Source of the DNA: an uncultured Phascolarctobacterium sp.
GTDB taxonomy: Bacteria > Bacillota > Negativicutes > Acidaminococcales > Acidaminococcaceae
Assembly: GCF_934190775.1 (NCBI RefSeq)
Contig: NZ_CAKPTG010000008.1
Location: 26,337 to 90,336, forward strand
DNA length: 64,000 nucleotides
Direction of reading: 5' to 3'
Below the pieces are notes generated by a model that saw only the letters and a list, made by a program, of their open reading frames with translations, made no database searches and was not told the origin of the DNA. Position numbers and translations under genes: made by a program. Below, piece by piece: positions 28,054 through 37,598 of this stretch (position 1 is the stretch's first letter; each line of letters begins with the position of its first letter).

Positions 28054-29352
28054 TTATTTGTCCAAAATAGGCAGCGTAGCCGAAGCATGGCCCATAATGG
28101 TAATATTGTAATCCTTTTTGCCCTGCTCTGCAAGTTTTTCCTGAGCCAGATCCCAGGCCTCCTGCAAGGATGCGCAGGGAATATGACCGGTCTTGCGGAC
28201 AAAATCGAAGTTCTCCGGACGTGTTACCAGATAAGCGGTTACATCGTTGACAATGCAGCGCGCCTTGAAGGCAACAAAGGCCGGAATAGTGAAATTGGCA
28301 CGAATATCCTTTTCAAACTGCTCCATATCGTTACGGCTGAAGCAGTCCGTAAAAATAGCAGGCTCCTTAATATCCGGGCAGTCCAAAGTGAAAATCATGA
28401 TGCCGCCGTGCTTAACCGCAAACTGTGCGTTCATGTGGCACTTGGTAGCCTGATACAGATTAAGGTCCTTGGGATAACCGCCGGCGGAAGCAATTACTAC
28501 ATCAGCAAGCTGTTTGATGTGTACGCCTGCCATAGCCAGCAAATCCTTGCAGCCCTTCTGCCATGCCTCGTACCAATGGCCTGCAACAACCTCGCTAATT
28601 TCTCCGTCCGGAGTAAACACAGTGTTCACCAGAAAATCCGGCTCCAGCAGCTTGCAGGATTCATACATATCCTGATGAATAGGATTGCCCTCGAGCAGAC
28701 TTGCATCACAGGACTTGTTGCAGCCTGCGCCTTCTACCGGAGACATAGTCATGCAATGGTTCTTCATAATGCTGTCATATGCCGCTACGCCCGGCATAAC
28801 AGCCTTGCGTCCGCCGCCGAAGCCGGCAAAAGGATGCAGTGTTACGGCACCGGTCAGAATAACTCTGTCAGCGTTGGCAACATATTTGCTGATAGCAACA
28901 TCGTTGCCGAAGGAGGTTTTGCCCAGCAGCACCATATCCTCGCTCTTGCGGGAGTCATGCTGAACAATTTTCAGACGGCGCACCATCTCCTCGCCGCAAA
29001 CGGTGATATCCTCTTCATGTGTATGACCGCGGTGGGTACCGGTAGCAACAATAACAGTGATGTCCTCGTCCTTTACGCCCACACTGTTCAGCTCGGCCAC
29101 AATAACCGGCAGAAATTCGGACGTGCCGCACAGACGGGTGATATCGCTGATGACAATGGTTACAGTTTCGCCTGCATGCACAATTTCGCGCAGAGGCTTG
29201 GTACCGATCGGGTTACGGATTGCTTCGGTAGTAGCGGCAACAACGTCCTCGCAGACGCTGGATTCATTGCCGTGTATATCATATATAACGCGCTCCTCGG
29301 GGAGCAGTACCTCTTCCTGTCGTTTGCCTATAGGCAGAAAGTATTTTTTCAT
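28054..29352 (-). CDS. larA: Nickel-dependent lactate racemase
   Basis: 432 aa; LarA-family length and blocks (GTHRGHT, HPFAGFGGGRK). Confidence 0.8.
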   Translation of the reverse strand: MKKYFLPIGKRQEEVLLPEERVIYDIHGNESSVCEDVVAATTEAIRNPIGTKPLREIVHAGETVTIVISDITRLCGTSEFLPVIVAELNSVGVKDEDITVIVATGTHRGHTHEEDITVCGEEMVRRLKIVQHDSRKSEDMVLLGKTSFGNDVAISKYVANADRVILTGAVTLHPFAGFGGGRKAVMPGVAAYDSIMKNHCMTMSPVEGAGCNKSCDASLLEGNPIHQDMYESCKLLEPDFLVNTVFTPDGEISEVVAGHWYEAWQKGCKDLLAMAGVHIKQLADVVIASAGGYPKDLNLYQATKCHMNAQFAVKHGGIMIFTLDCPDIKEPAIFTDCFSRNDMEQFEKDIRANFTIPAFVAFKARCIVNDVTAYLVTRPENFDFVRKTGHIPCASLQEAWDLAQEKLAEQGKKDYNITIMGHASATLPILDK

Positions 29353-29495
29353 CGATATCCCTCCATTTGAAAAAACTAACTCTATTATACATGAAATCAG
29401 CTAAATATACAAGCTAAGAGTAAAACTGTAAAGAAAATTCAGCCTTTGTCCAAAATTGTGTTATAATATTACTATATGAAAGCGAGGTTCCCATT

Positions 29496-29963
29496 ATGAA
29501 GAAAACTCTCATCGCCTATTTTACACGCACAGGCATCACCAAAAAGCTGGCTGAAGACACCGCTAAGCACACCGGTGCCGACCTTTTCGCCATCGAGCCG
29601 GTAAAAGAATATTCCTCCTCTTATCTTATCTGCGTAGGCCAGGCTAAAATCGAAAACCTGCAGAACGCCCGTCCTGCGATTAAGGCTAAGCCGCAGAACC
29701 TGCAGGACTATGACACCATTGTTGTGATGTTCCCTATCTGGTGGTTCACCTGCCCCAATATCATCCTCACCTTCCTGGGGGAAAACGATCTGAGCGACAA
29801 AACGGTTATCCCTGTCTGCACCTACGGCAGCAGCGGCAAGGGCAGCAGCGAAAAGGCTATGACTAAAGTTTGCAAAAACGCAACCTTCAAGCCTTGCATC
29901 GAAGCAACCGGCCTTAAAGACAAGGCTGTTGCAGCCATTGCCGCAGCAATCGAAGAAGCATAA
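29496..29963 (+). CDS. Flavodoxin-like protein
   Basis: 155 aa; N-terminal FMN-binding LIAYFTRTGITKK; extended -10 TGTGTTATAAT upstream; only confident plus-strand gene. Confidence 0.8.
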   Translation: MKKTLIAYFTRTGITKKLAEDTAKHTGADLFAIEPVKEYSSSYLICVGQAKIENLQNARPAIKAKPQNLQDYDTIVVMFPIWWFTCPNIILTFLGENDLSDKTVIPVCTYGSSGKGSSEKAMTKVCKNATFKPCIEATGLKDKAVAAIAAAIEEA

Positions 29964-29985
29964 AAAGAATCATAAGCGTAAAATT

Positions 29986-30034
29986 AAGGCTTCCGCAGTT
30001 TGGCAACACCTTACTGCAGAAGCCTTTTGCTTTA
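29986..30034 (+). terminator. Terminator hairpin (AAGGCTTC..GAAGCCTT + TTTGCTTT)
   Basis: 8-bp stem after flavodoxin stop; complementary strand may serve the convergent M20 gene. Confidence 0.55.
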
Positions 30035-30052
30035 TTATTTTTCAGGATATGC

Positions 30053-31174
30053 TTACGGTTTTTCGCGTAAAATACGCTGCGTCAGATTGGTCAGCACGTT
30101 GATAGCATTAGCCAGCGCGCTGTGGTCAAAGTGCATATCGCGGTCATGCAGACGCGGCTCCAGATCGCAGCCTATGCCCAGACTGGCAGTTTTCAGCTGC
30201 GGACGCTCCTGCTTGAAGAAGTTGAAGTCCTCGCCTACCGTAATATTGGCAGCGGGAATCAGTCCCCCCGCTCCCAGCTCTGCGGAAATTACCTCCTGCG
30301 TCAGCGCCAACAGTGACGGGTCAGCCTCTGCCGCCGGGCAGGTACCGACGATATGACAGTCCGCCTCCGCGCCGTACACCTTCGCCGTATTCACGACGAT
30401 ATCCTCTACCTTGCGGCGCAGCTCCAGCATCTCGGCGTTCGACGTACTGCGCAGGTCAAAGCCGATGCTTACCTTGTCGCAGATAGCGTTGAGCGAGCCT
30501 GCACCACCCATGAAGCGGGTAGTTTTGATACTGCCGCCCAAAAGCGGGTTGCTGTGCAGTGCGTTGATGGCATTGACGATAGCGGCACCGGCATCAATAG
30601 CGTTCACGCCCAGATGCGGCTGGGAGCCATGCGCTGCCAACCCACGGATTTCGCCCTCCATCAGGGTGCAGGCCGTCCAATTGATCTGCGCGATAATCTG
30701 ACCGGTGCGTGCCATATCCTTCGGCATTACATGGTATCCTAAGGCGTACTGCACATCATCCAGCGCTCCTGCCTCCAGCATTGCCAGCGCGCCTCTGCCG
30801 ATTTCCTCCGCAGGCTGGCAAAGAAGCTTCACGCGGCCGCAGGCAAGGCCCTGCTCTTGCAGCAGCTTTGCTACGCCCAAAGCGATAGTCATATGCGCAT
30901 CATGGCCGCAGGCGTGAATAGGCTCCAGCGAGCCATCCTCGTTCTTAAACAGCAGGCAGTCCATATCGGTGCGCACTGCTACCGTAGGTCCCGGCTTGCC
31001 GCTGTCGAGCACAGCGGTAAGTGCGGTAGTATTGCCAACGTTTTCTGTCACATCGTAACCAAGCTTACGCAAAAAATCTGCCAGAAAGGCTGCCGTCTTA
31101 ACTTCCTTGAAGGCAGGCTCCGCCAGAGCGTGCAGCTTGGGCCATACCTCATTAATATGTGCTTGAATATCCAT
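30053..31174 (-). CDS. M20D-family amidohydrolase (N-acyl-L-amino acid amidohydrolase / hippurate hydrolase-like)
   Basis: 373 aa; metal ligands in HACGHD..., dimerisation domain, C-terminal blocks. Confidence 0.85.
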   Translation of the reverse strand: MDIQAHINEVWPKLHALAEPAFKEVKTAAFLADFLRKLGYDVTENVGNTTALTAVLDSGKPGPTVAVRTDMDCLLFKNEDGSLEPIHACGHDAHMTIALGVAKLLQEQGLACGRVKLLCQPAEEIGRGALAMLEAGALDDVQYALGYHVMPKDMARTGQIIAQINWTACTLMEGEIRGLAAHGSQPHLGVNAIDAGAAIVNAINALHSNPLLGGSIKTTRFMGGAGSLNAICDKVSIGFDLRSTSNAEMLELRRKVEDIVVNTAKVYGAEADCHIVGTCPAAEADPSLLALTQEVISAELGAGGLIPAANITVGEDFNFFKQERPQLKTASLGIGCDLEPRLHDRDMHFDHSALANAINVLTNLTQRILREKP

Positions 31175-31254
31175 GATTTAATTACCACCTTTGCATAGAG
31201 AAAAGGCCAACGGCAAAGCTCCCGCAGGAGTTTTGCACGTTGACCATAAGCTCA

Positions 31255-32088
31255 TTATTTATTATCCCAGCCTAAGTATACAGAACCGGGGAATTTCTTC
31301 TCGATGAATTCTGCATTTTCCTTAGATTGATATGCTTCCTGGAAAATCTTCAGACGCGGATCGTTTAGGTCCTTTTCCTGTACGGCAACAATGTTTACAT
31401 ACAGAGAATCTTTGGTTTCACGCAGGATAGGATCCTTGGCGGGGTCCAGGCCGGCGCTGATAGCGTAGGTAGTGTTGATTGCTGCGCAGGTCAGGTCATC
31501 CAGGCTGCGGGGAATTGCTGCAGCTTCCAGCTCGATAATTTCGAAATGATGCGGATTTTCGGTAATATCCTTAACGCTGGTAGTAACATCCTTCGGGTCT
31601 TTAACCTTAATCAGGTTGTTGGCAGCGAGCAGCAGGATAGCACGGCCGCCGTTGGTCGGATCGTTAGGAATACCGATTTTTGCACCGTCGGGAATGGTGT
31701 CACCAGGTTTCAATTTTTTAGAATAGATGTTAATCGGGAACAGTGCAGTGTTGAAGGCTTTAGCCAGCTTGAAGGAAGGCTCCTTCTTCATGGTTGCCTT
31801 CAGGAAGGGCTCGTGCTGGAAGCAGTTAGCCCAGATTTCACCGGAAGCCAGTGCGGAGTTAGGAGTTACGAAATCGCTGAACTCTTTAACTTCAATCTTC
31901 AGACCTTTTTTCTCGGCAATCTTCTTTACGTTATCCATAATGATAGCATGAGGACCGGGGTTTACGCCTACGATAACAGGCTTATTCATATCTACCTTGC
32001 CGTCATCCTTAGAACCGCCGCAGCCTGCAGCTACGATAGCAAACATTGTCAGTACGCCCACAAGAGCGTATTTTAAAAACTTATTCAT
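31255..32088 (-). CDS. metQ: MetQ/NlpA-family methionine-binding lipoprotein (no cognate metNI adjacent)
   Basis: 277 aa; lipobox AAGCGG; NlpA family blocks. Confidence 0.85.
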   Translation of the reverse strand: MNKFLKYALVGVLTMFAIVAAGCGGSKDDGKVDMNKPVIVGVNPGPHAIIMDNVKKIAEKKGLKIEVKEFSDFVTPNSALASGEIWANCFQHEPFLKATMKKEPSFKLAKAFNTALFPINIYSKKLKPGDTIPDGAKIGIPNDPTNGGRAILLLAANNLIKVKDPKDVTTSVKDITENPHHFEIIELEAAAIPRSLDDLTCAAINTTYAISAGLDPAKDPILRETKDSLYVNIVAVQEKDLNDPRLKIFQEAYQSKENAEFIEKKFPGSVYLGWDNK

Positions 32089-32216
32089 TATACATTAACC
32101 TCCCCAAGCAGTTCCTAGACTGCTAAAACAAAATACATTGCTATTATATGCTTTTGCCATAGCATAGTCAAGAAAGAAAAATGTATACTATTTTACACTT
32201 TTTAAAAGTTTTGCAG

Positions 32217-32251
32217 TGCAAAAAAGGCTACCACAATTACTTGTGATAGCC
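32217..32251 (-). terminator. Terminator hairpin after tsf
   Basis: AGGCTA(T/C)CAC..GTGGTAGCCT stem with TTTTTTG on minus strand. Confidence 0.5.
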
Positions 32252-32280
32252 TTAAATGTTCAGTTGCAGTCCAAACTGGA

Positions 32281-33159
32281 TTATTTAATTTGAGACATAA
32301 CCTCTGCAGCGAAGTCCTCTTGTTTCTTTTCGATGCCTTCACCCAGTTGGAAACGGGAGAATGCCAGAACTTCAGCGCCTGCAGCTTTTACCAGCTTGCC
32401 AACGGTTTGGTCCGGATCTTTAACGAACTCTTGGTCAACCAGGCATACTTCTTTGTAGTATTTGTTGATACGGCCCATAACCATCTTCTCGATGATTTTT
32501 TCCGGTTTGCCTTCGTTTTTAGCTTGCTCGGACAGAACTTCTTTCTCGTGCTCCAGCTCAGCAGCCGGTACTTGAGAGCGTTCCAGGTAGCTCGGGTTAG
32601 CAGCAGCAACATGCATTGCAACGTCTTTACCCAGTTCAGCATTGCCGCCTTTTAATTCAACAACAACGCCGATTTTGCCGCCGCCATGGATGTAAGCAGC
32701 AACAACGCCTTCCGGAGCTTCGTACAGAGCGAAACGACGAACGGAAATCTTTTCGCCGATCTTAGCAACGCTAGCGGTTACCAGAGCTTCAACGGTTTGG
32801 CCGTCCAGCTCGGAAGCCAGCAGAGCTTCTACGTCAGCCGGTTTGGTAGCTACGATATGAGCAGCAATTTTTTCAACGAGTTCTTTGAAGCCGTCGGTTT
32901 TAGCAACAAAGTCGGTTTCGCAGTTAACTTCTACGATTGCACCGATCTTGCCGTCAGCGCTTACGAAAGAGCCAACAACGCCTTCGGCAGCAATGCGGCC
33001 AGCTTTTTTAGCAGCAGCAGCCAGACCTTTTTCACGCAGGAAGTCGATTGCTTTGTCCATATCGCCTTCTACAGCGGTCAGTGCTTTTTTGCAGTCCATC
33101 ATGCCTGCGCCAGTACGCTCGCGCAGTTCTTTAACTAATGCAGCAGTAATTTGAGCCAT
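32281..33159 (-). CDS. tsf: Elongation factor Ts
   Basis: 292 aa; N-terminal UBA-like [24 protein letters not shown]. Confidence 0.95.
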   Translation of the reverse strand: MAQITAALVKELRERTGAGMMDCKKALTAVEGDMDKAIDFLREKGLAAAAKKAGRIAAEGVVGSFVSADGKIGAIVEVNCETDFVAKTDGFKELVEKIAAHIVATKPADVEALLASELDGQTVEALVTASVAKIGEKISVRRFALYEAPEGVVAAYIHGGGKIGVVVELKGGNAELGKDVAMHVAAANPSYLERSQVPAAELEHEKEVLSEQAKNEGKPEKIIEKMVMGRINKYYKEVCLVDQEFVKDPDQTVGKLVKAAGAEVLAFSRFQLGEGIEKKQEDFAAEVMSQIK

Positions 33160-33199
33160 CAGTTATTCCTCCTCAAAATGTAATATATTAACGTTAGGA

Positions 33200-33937
33200 T
33201 TATTCAGCTTCTTCGGTTGCCGGAGCTTCTTCAGCAGCAGCTTCTTCAGTTTGCATACCTTGACGGCCTTCCAGAACAGCGTCAGCCATTTTAGCGGTCA
33301 GCAGTTTTACAGCGCGGATAGCGTCGTCGTTTGCAGGGATTACATGATCGATTTCGTCCGGATCGCAGTTGGTGTCAACGGTTGCAACGATAGGAATGTT
33401 CAGTTTGTGAGCTTCCAGAACAGCGATGTGCTCTTTGCGGGGGTCAACGATGAACATAGCGCCCGGCAGTTTTTTCATGTCTTTGATACCGCCCAAGTAT
33501 TTGGTCAGTTTTTCCATTTCATGTTTCAGGCCGATAACTTCTTTCTTCGGCAGCAGGTCGAAGGTGCCGTCAGCTTCCATAGCTTCCAGTTTGCGCAGAC
33601 GTGCAATACGGGTTTGGATGGTTTTGAAGTTGGTCAGCATGCCGCCCAGCCAACGCTCGTTAACGAAGAACATGTTGCAGCGGGTAGCTTCTTCTTTCAT
33701 AGCTTCTTGAGCTTGTTTTTTGGTACCAACGAACAGAATGTTTTCGCCAGCAGCAGCAACCTCACGGATGAAGTTGTAAGCTTCGTCAACCTTTTTTACG
33801 GTTTTTTGCAGGTCGATGATGTAGATACCATTACGCTCGGTGAAGATGTACGGAGCCATTTTAGGGTTCCAACGACGGGTTTGGTGACCAAAGTGTACAC
33901 CAGCTTCAAGTAATTGTTTCATAGAGATAATAGCCAT
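33200..33937 (-). CDS. rpsB: 30S ribosomal protein S2
   Basis: 245 aa; S2 signature blocks; classic rpsB-tsf pair. Confidence 0.95.
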   Translation of the reverse strand: MAIISMKQLLEAGVHFGHQTRRWNPKMAPYIFTERNGIYIIDLQKTVKKVDEAYNFIREVAAAGENILFVGTKKQAQEAMKEEATRCNMFFVNERWLGGMLTNFKTIQTRIARLRKLEAMEADGTFDLLPKKEVIGLKHEMEKLTKYLGGIKDMKKLPGAMFIVDPRKEHIAVLEAHKLNIPIVATVDTNCDPDEIDHVIPANDDAIRAVKLLTAKMADAVLEGRQGMQTEEAAAEEAPATEEAE

Positions 33938-34136
33938 TTTTTGTTTCCTCCTGTTTTTTCCTCCGCAGGAATGGGTTATAATTCTTCTCTACGCGGCAAA
34001 ACGTAGCAACAGATGAATTTTCCTGCGTGTGTTATTTTTACACCAAAATATTTTACCATAAATTCCGCAAGCAGGCAAGAGATTTTTACTGCTTGCGGAG
34101 GGTAAATGTTAAATTTTTTACATTATAATGCTGTGC

Positions 34137-35063
34137 TTACAGAATATACCCCAGATATGCCGCATAGCACACCAGCATCAGCGCACCTGCCCAGCGCTGC
34201 AGGCGTTGAGTACGCAACACGCACAACCACAGAAGCACTGCCGCACCAAGCGCTACATAGGTATCAAAGTTGAAGGCAGATGCAAAGGGAATGTCGATAA
34301 TCAGCGAGGACAAGCCTACTACGAAAAGGATATTGAAAATGTTGCTGCCGACGATATTGCCGATGGCAATATCCGCATTGCCGCGGCGTGCTGCCGCCAC
34401 AGAGGTAAACAGCTCCGGCAGCGAGGTGCCCAAAGCCACAATCGTCAGGCCGATAAAACGCTCGCTGAGTCCCGCATAGGTAGCAATAGAAGTTGCTGCG
34501 CCTACGGTTACATTACTGCCCGCAATAATCAGCGCCAAACCGCCCACTGCACCCAAAAGGCAGCGTCCCAGCGGCAGGCCGGGTTCTTCAAGGTCACTGT
34601 CGACATTGCTTTTCATCGCCATGGTGTACAGATACATCATATATGCGGCAAAGGCTACCATAAGCACACCGCCGTCCGCCAGACTGATGCTACCGTCGCG
34701 TCCCTGATAAAACAGCAGTGCGGTAACACCAATCATGAAGGGGATTTCGATGCGTACGGTAGAACGCGCTACCGCAATCGGCACAATAGAAGCCGCAAGG
34801 CCGAGAATCACCAGGATATTAAGAATATTACTGCCGACGATATTACCGATGGTAATATCTGCATTACCCTTAACTGCAGCAGCGATACTTACCGCCGCCT
34901 CCGGTGCGCTCGTACCCATCGCCACGATAGTAAGGCCGATTACCAGCTGCGGAATGCCGAAGCGCATGGCAATGCCTGCTGCACCTTCAACAAACCAATC
35001 CGCCCCCTTACCGAGCATCACAAAGCCTAAAGCCAATAAAACAAACTGTAAAGCTATTTCCAT
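34137..35063 (-). CDS. CaCA-family cation (Na+/Ca2+) antiporter, YrbG-like
   Basis: Start at MEIALQFV (AAGGAGGAAG RBS); two alpha-repeats (GTSAPE ... GTSLPE, GNIVGSNI x2). Confidence 0.8.
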   Translation of the reverse strand: MEIALQFVLLALGFVMLGKGADWFVEGAAGIAMRFGIPQLVIGLTIVAMGTSAPEAAVSIAAAVKGNADITIGNIVGSNILNILVILGLAASIVPIAVARSTVRIEIPFMIGVTALLFYQGRDGSISLADGGVLMVAFAAYMMYLYTMAMKSNVDSDLEEPGLPLGRCLLGAVGGLALIIAGSNVTVGAATSIATYAGLSERFIGLTIVALGTSLPELFTSVAAARRGNADIAIGNIVGSNIFNILFVVGLSSLIIDIPFASAFNFDTYVALGAAVLLWLCVLRTQRLQRWAGALMLVCYAAYLGYIL

Positions 35064-35269
35064 TTTCTTCCTCCTTGATTTGCAGCCGTCCCTAAAAACA
35101 AAAAAGCGAGACATTGCTGCAATAAAATTACAACAAAGTCTCGCTACTTAGTCACAAAGCCGGATTGCCAAAGCAATCGTACTGACGACAGAGTGAACAC
35201 GCCATGCGTGCAAGCTACTCCCTTTATATGCTTAGTTTAGCCAAACGCAGGGAGTTTGTCAAGTAAAAT

Positions 35270-36751
35270 TTAACTTCTTTTGAACAGCTTGCCGAAAAGC
35301 GGTGAAAGCAGTGATAAAAGAGCTGCCACCAGGAAGAACAGGCACAGCGGACGCTGGAAGAAAATAGCAAAGCTGCCGTCACTCATAATCAGCGAGCCGA
35401 CAAAGTTCTGCTCCGCCATACCGCCGAGGATAATGCCGATGATAATCGCCGACATAGAAAAGCCCAGCTTGTTCATAAAGTAACCTAAGAAACCGCTTGC
35501 CACCATCAGATAAACATCGTTCAGGGAATTATTGTAGGAATAAGTGCCCACGAAGGTCATCATCACGATAATCGGCAGCAGAATATGCACAGGCACGTTA
35601 ACAACCTTCATAAAAAGTCTGATTAACGAAAAGCCCATGATACCCATAATCACGTTGGCCAACAGCAGACCGATGAAGATAGCATAAACATCAGGCGCCT
35701 TTTCCACAAACAGCAAGGGACCGGGCTGCAGGCCCTGAACCATCAGCGCACCCATCATAATTGCCGTTGCGCCATCACCGGGGATACCCAACGTAAGCAC
35801 CGGAATAAAAGCACCGCCGGATACAGCGTTGTTGCCTGCCTCGGAGGCTACAATGCCCTCAGGCTCGCCGTTGCCGAAGTTCTTGCTGTGCTTAGACCAG
35901 CGTTTAGCCTGGTCATAGGAAACAAAGGATGCGATATCGCCGCCGGTACCGGGCACACAGCCGATGAAGGTGCCGATGAAGGAGGAACGCAAAAGCGTGG
36001 TAAACACTCTCTTGATATCCTCAAACGAAGGCAGCAGACGGTCCAGCATCATGTGCTGCTCCTGACGTTCATTATGATAATAATCCTCAATACTGCTCAA
36101 CACCTGCGCAAAAGCGAATACGCCGATCAGCACAGGGATAAAGGATACACCTCCCATAAAATAGTTGGTGTCCAAAGTAAAGCGGATTGCACCGCTCATA
36201 CCGTCAATGCCGACTGTTGCCAGGAACAGGCCGATAAGACCGCCCATAATACCCTTGATAACACTGCCGGAGGAAACGCTCGTAATAATGCTGAGGCCGA
36301 AAATAGCCAGAGCAAAATATTCCGGTTTGGAAAACTGCAGTGCAACCTTTGCCAGCTGCGGTGCCAGCAAAATCAGGCAGACGGTACTGAAAATACCGCC
36401 GAAGGTGCTGGCCAAGGTGGAAAGTCCGAGAGCACGTCCAGGCTGCCCCATCTTCGTCGCCATCGGGTAACCGTCCAGAGTAGTCGCTACGGAAGCAGGC
36501 GTACCCGGAGTTTTCAACAGGATTGCCGAAATACTGCCGCCGTAAATCGCACCGCAGTAAATGCCCAGCAGCATCAGAATGCCGCCGATACCGTGAAAGG
36601 TAAAGGCCAGCGGAAACAGCAGCGCCAAGCCCATGTTAACACTCAGGCCCGGCATACAGCCGAAGGCAATGCCAACCAGCACGCCAAAGAAAAGTCCCAG
36701 CAGATTCATGGGGACGAAAATCATATTTAATGCGCTCATTATATCAACCAT
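35270..36751 (-). CDS. tctA: Tripartite tricarboxylate transporter large permease subunit
   Basis: 493 aa polytopic membrane protein with TctA-family length/topology. Confidence 0.8.
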   Translation of the reverse strand: MVDIMSALNMIFVPMNLLGLFFGVLVGIAFGCMPGLSVNMGLALLFPLAFTFHGIGGILMLLGIYCGAIYGGSISAILLKTPGTPASVATTLDGYPMATKMGQPGRALGLSTLASTFGGIFSTVCLILLAPQLAKVALQFSKPEYFALAIFGLSIITSVSSGSVIKGIMGGLIGLFLATVGIDGMSGAIRFTLDTNYFMGGVSFIPVLIGVFAFAQVLSSIEDYYHNERQEQHMMLDRLLPSFEDIKRVFTTLLRSSFIGTFIGCVPGTGGDIASFVSYDQAKRWSKHSKNFGNGEPEGIVASEAGNNAVSGGAFIPVLTLGIPGDGATAIMMGALMVQGLQPGPLLFVEKAPDVYAIFIGLLLANVIMGIMGFSLIRLFMKVVNVPVHILLPIIVMMTFVGTYSYNNSLNDVYLMVASGFLGYFMNKLGFSMSAIIIGIILGGMAEQNFVGSLIMSDGSFAIFFQRPLCLFFLVAALLSLLSPLFGKLFKRS

Positions 36752-36763
36752 CAGTATGACCCC

Positions 36764-37243
36764 CTACTCCATGAATACAGATTGCGGCATCTGCGTATGC
36801 AGCAACATGCCGAAAACAAGATAAATAAACAGCAGACACAGTACCGTTGTCAGGCCTATCACCTTATAATTGCGATAATCCATAAGACGCATAACAGCCG
36901 GAATCAAAAGTGCCGCTGCCGGATAAAAGCCGAGAATGCTGATGAGCACGCAGAACACAACAACAATTCCCATCATTAAATAAACGCGCTTGTTGCCTGT
37001 CGAAGAAAGCTGCACCTTCACGCCATGTAAATCAGTTTTATTGATAAAGGTATAAAGCAGCAGCAAAACCGAAACAGCGCCCAGCACCGCACCCAGCGCA
37101 AAAGGCCAAAAGCCGGGACCGGGGCCGTTCTCCGTAAACTCCAGCGGAAAGGCTGCCGCCGCCTGCATAATCAGACCACCGATAACCGCGCCCAGCACGC
37201 CCACTATATAATTACATACTGCCATGTTATTCATATAAATCAT
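36764..37243 (-). CDS. tctB: Tripartite tricarboxylate transporter small subunit
   Basis: 159 aa, 4 predicted TM helices, immediately upstream of tctA. Confidence 0.65.
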   Translation of the reverse strand: MIYMNNMAVCNYIVGVLGAVIGGLIMQAAAAFPLEFTENGPGPGFWPFALGAVLGAVSVLLLLYTFINKTDLHGVKVQLSSTGNKRVYLMMGIVVVFCVLISILGFYPAAALLIPAVMRLMDYRNYKVIGLTTVLCLLFIYLVFGMLLHTQMPQSVFME

Positions 37244-37265
37244 CCTTAAACAACTCCGCCATCAA

Positions 37266-37389
37266 AATTGACGTCAATTCGATGCCAGACTAAATTGAGT
37301 AACCGAAACTTTATTGCATCATTAAAAGCAACATAAATTGAGTAACTTTACTCTTATTATAAAGTTAAGAGTAAACTAAATTGAGTAAT
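37266..37389. promoter_or_regulatory. tctBA upstream region: 14-bp perfect palindrome AATTGACGTCAATT, three direct repeats TAAATTGAGTAA(C/T) at exact 43-bp spacing, and a 10-bp perfect inverted repeat TTTACTCTTA-N9-TAAGAGTAAA
   Basis: Repeats at 37291, 37334, 37377; palindrome 37266..37279; IR 37347..37375. Confidence 0.4.
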
Positions 37390-37598
37390 TAAATTCTCAT
37401 GCAGAGAAATAACAATTGCAGCGAGTAAGTGTCTGGAACCACCGAAGGGCCGAAACTGTCTGAGCGCTATGCAAGCTAATATTGCATAATTTTTTAGCTC
37501 AGCGCGAGTTTTTCGGCACTTCGTCTTGGTTCCACACGAAACGAGTGCCCGCAATTCTTTTGAACGGAATGAGATTTAATTACGAATTTTTAACTTTC

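Noticed and set aside
35064-35114. Longer N-terminus (MSRFFVFRDGCKSRRKK...) for the CaCA antiporter
   Set aside because: The strong AAGGAGGAAG RBS sits directly before the internal ATG (MEIALQ); the upstream extension has no RBS and is basic/low-complexity.
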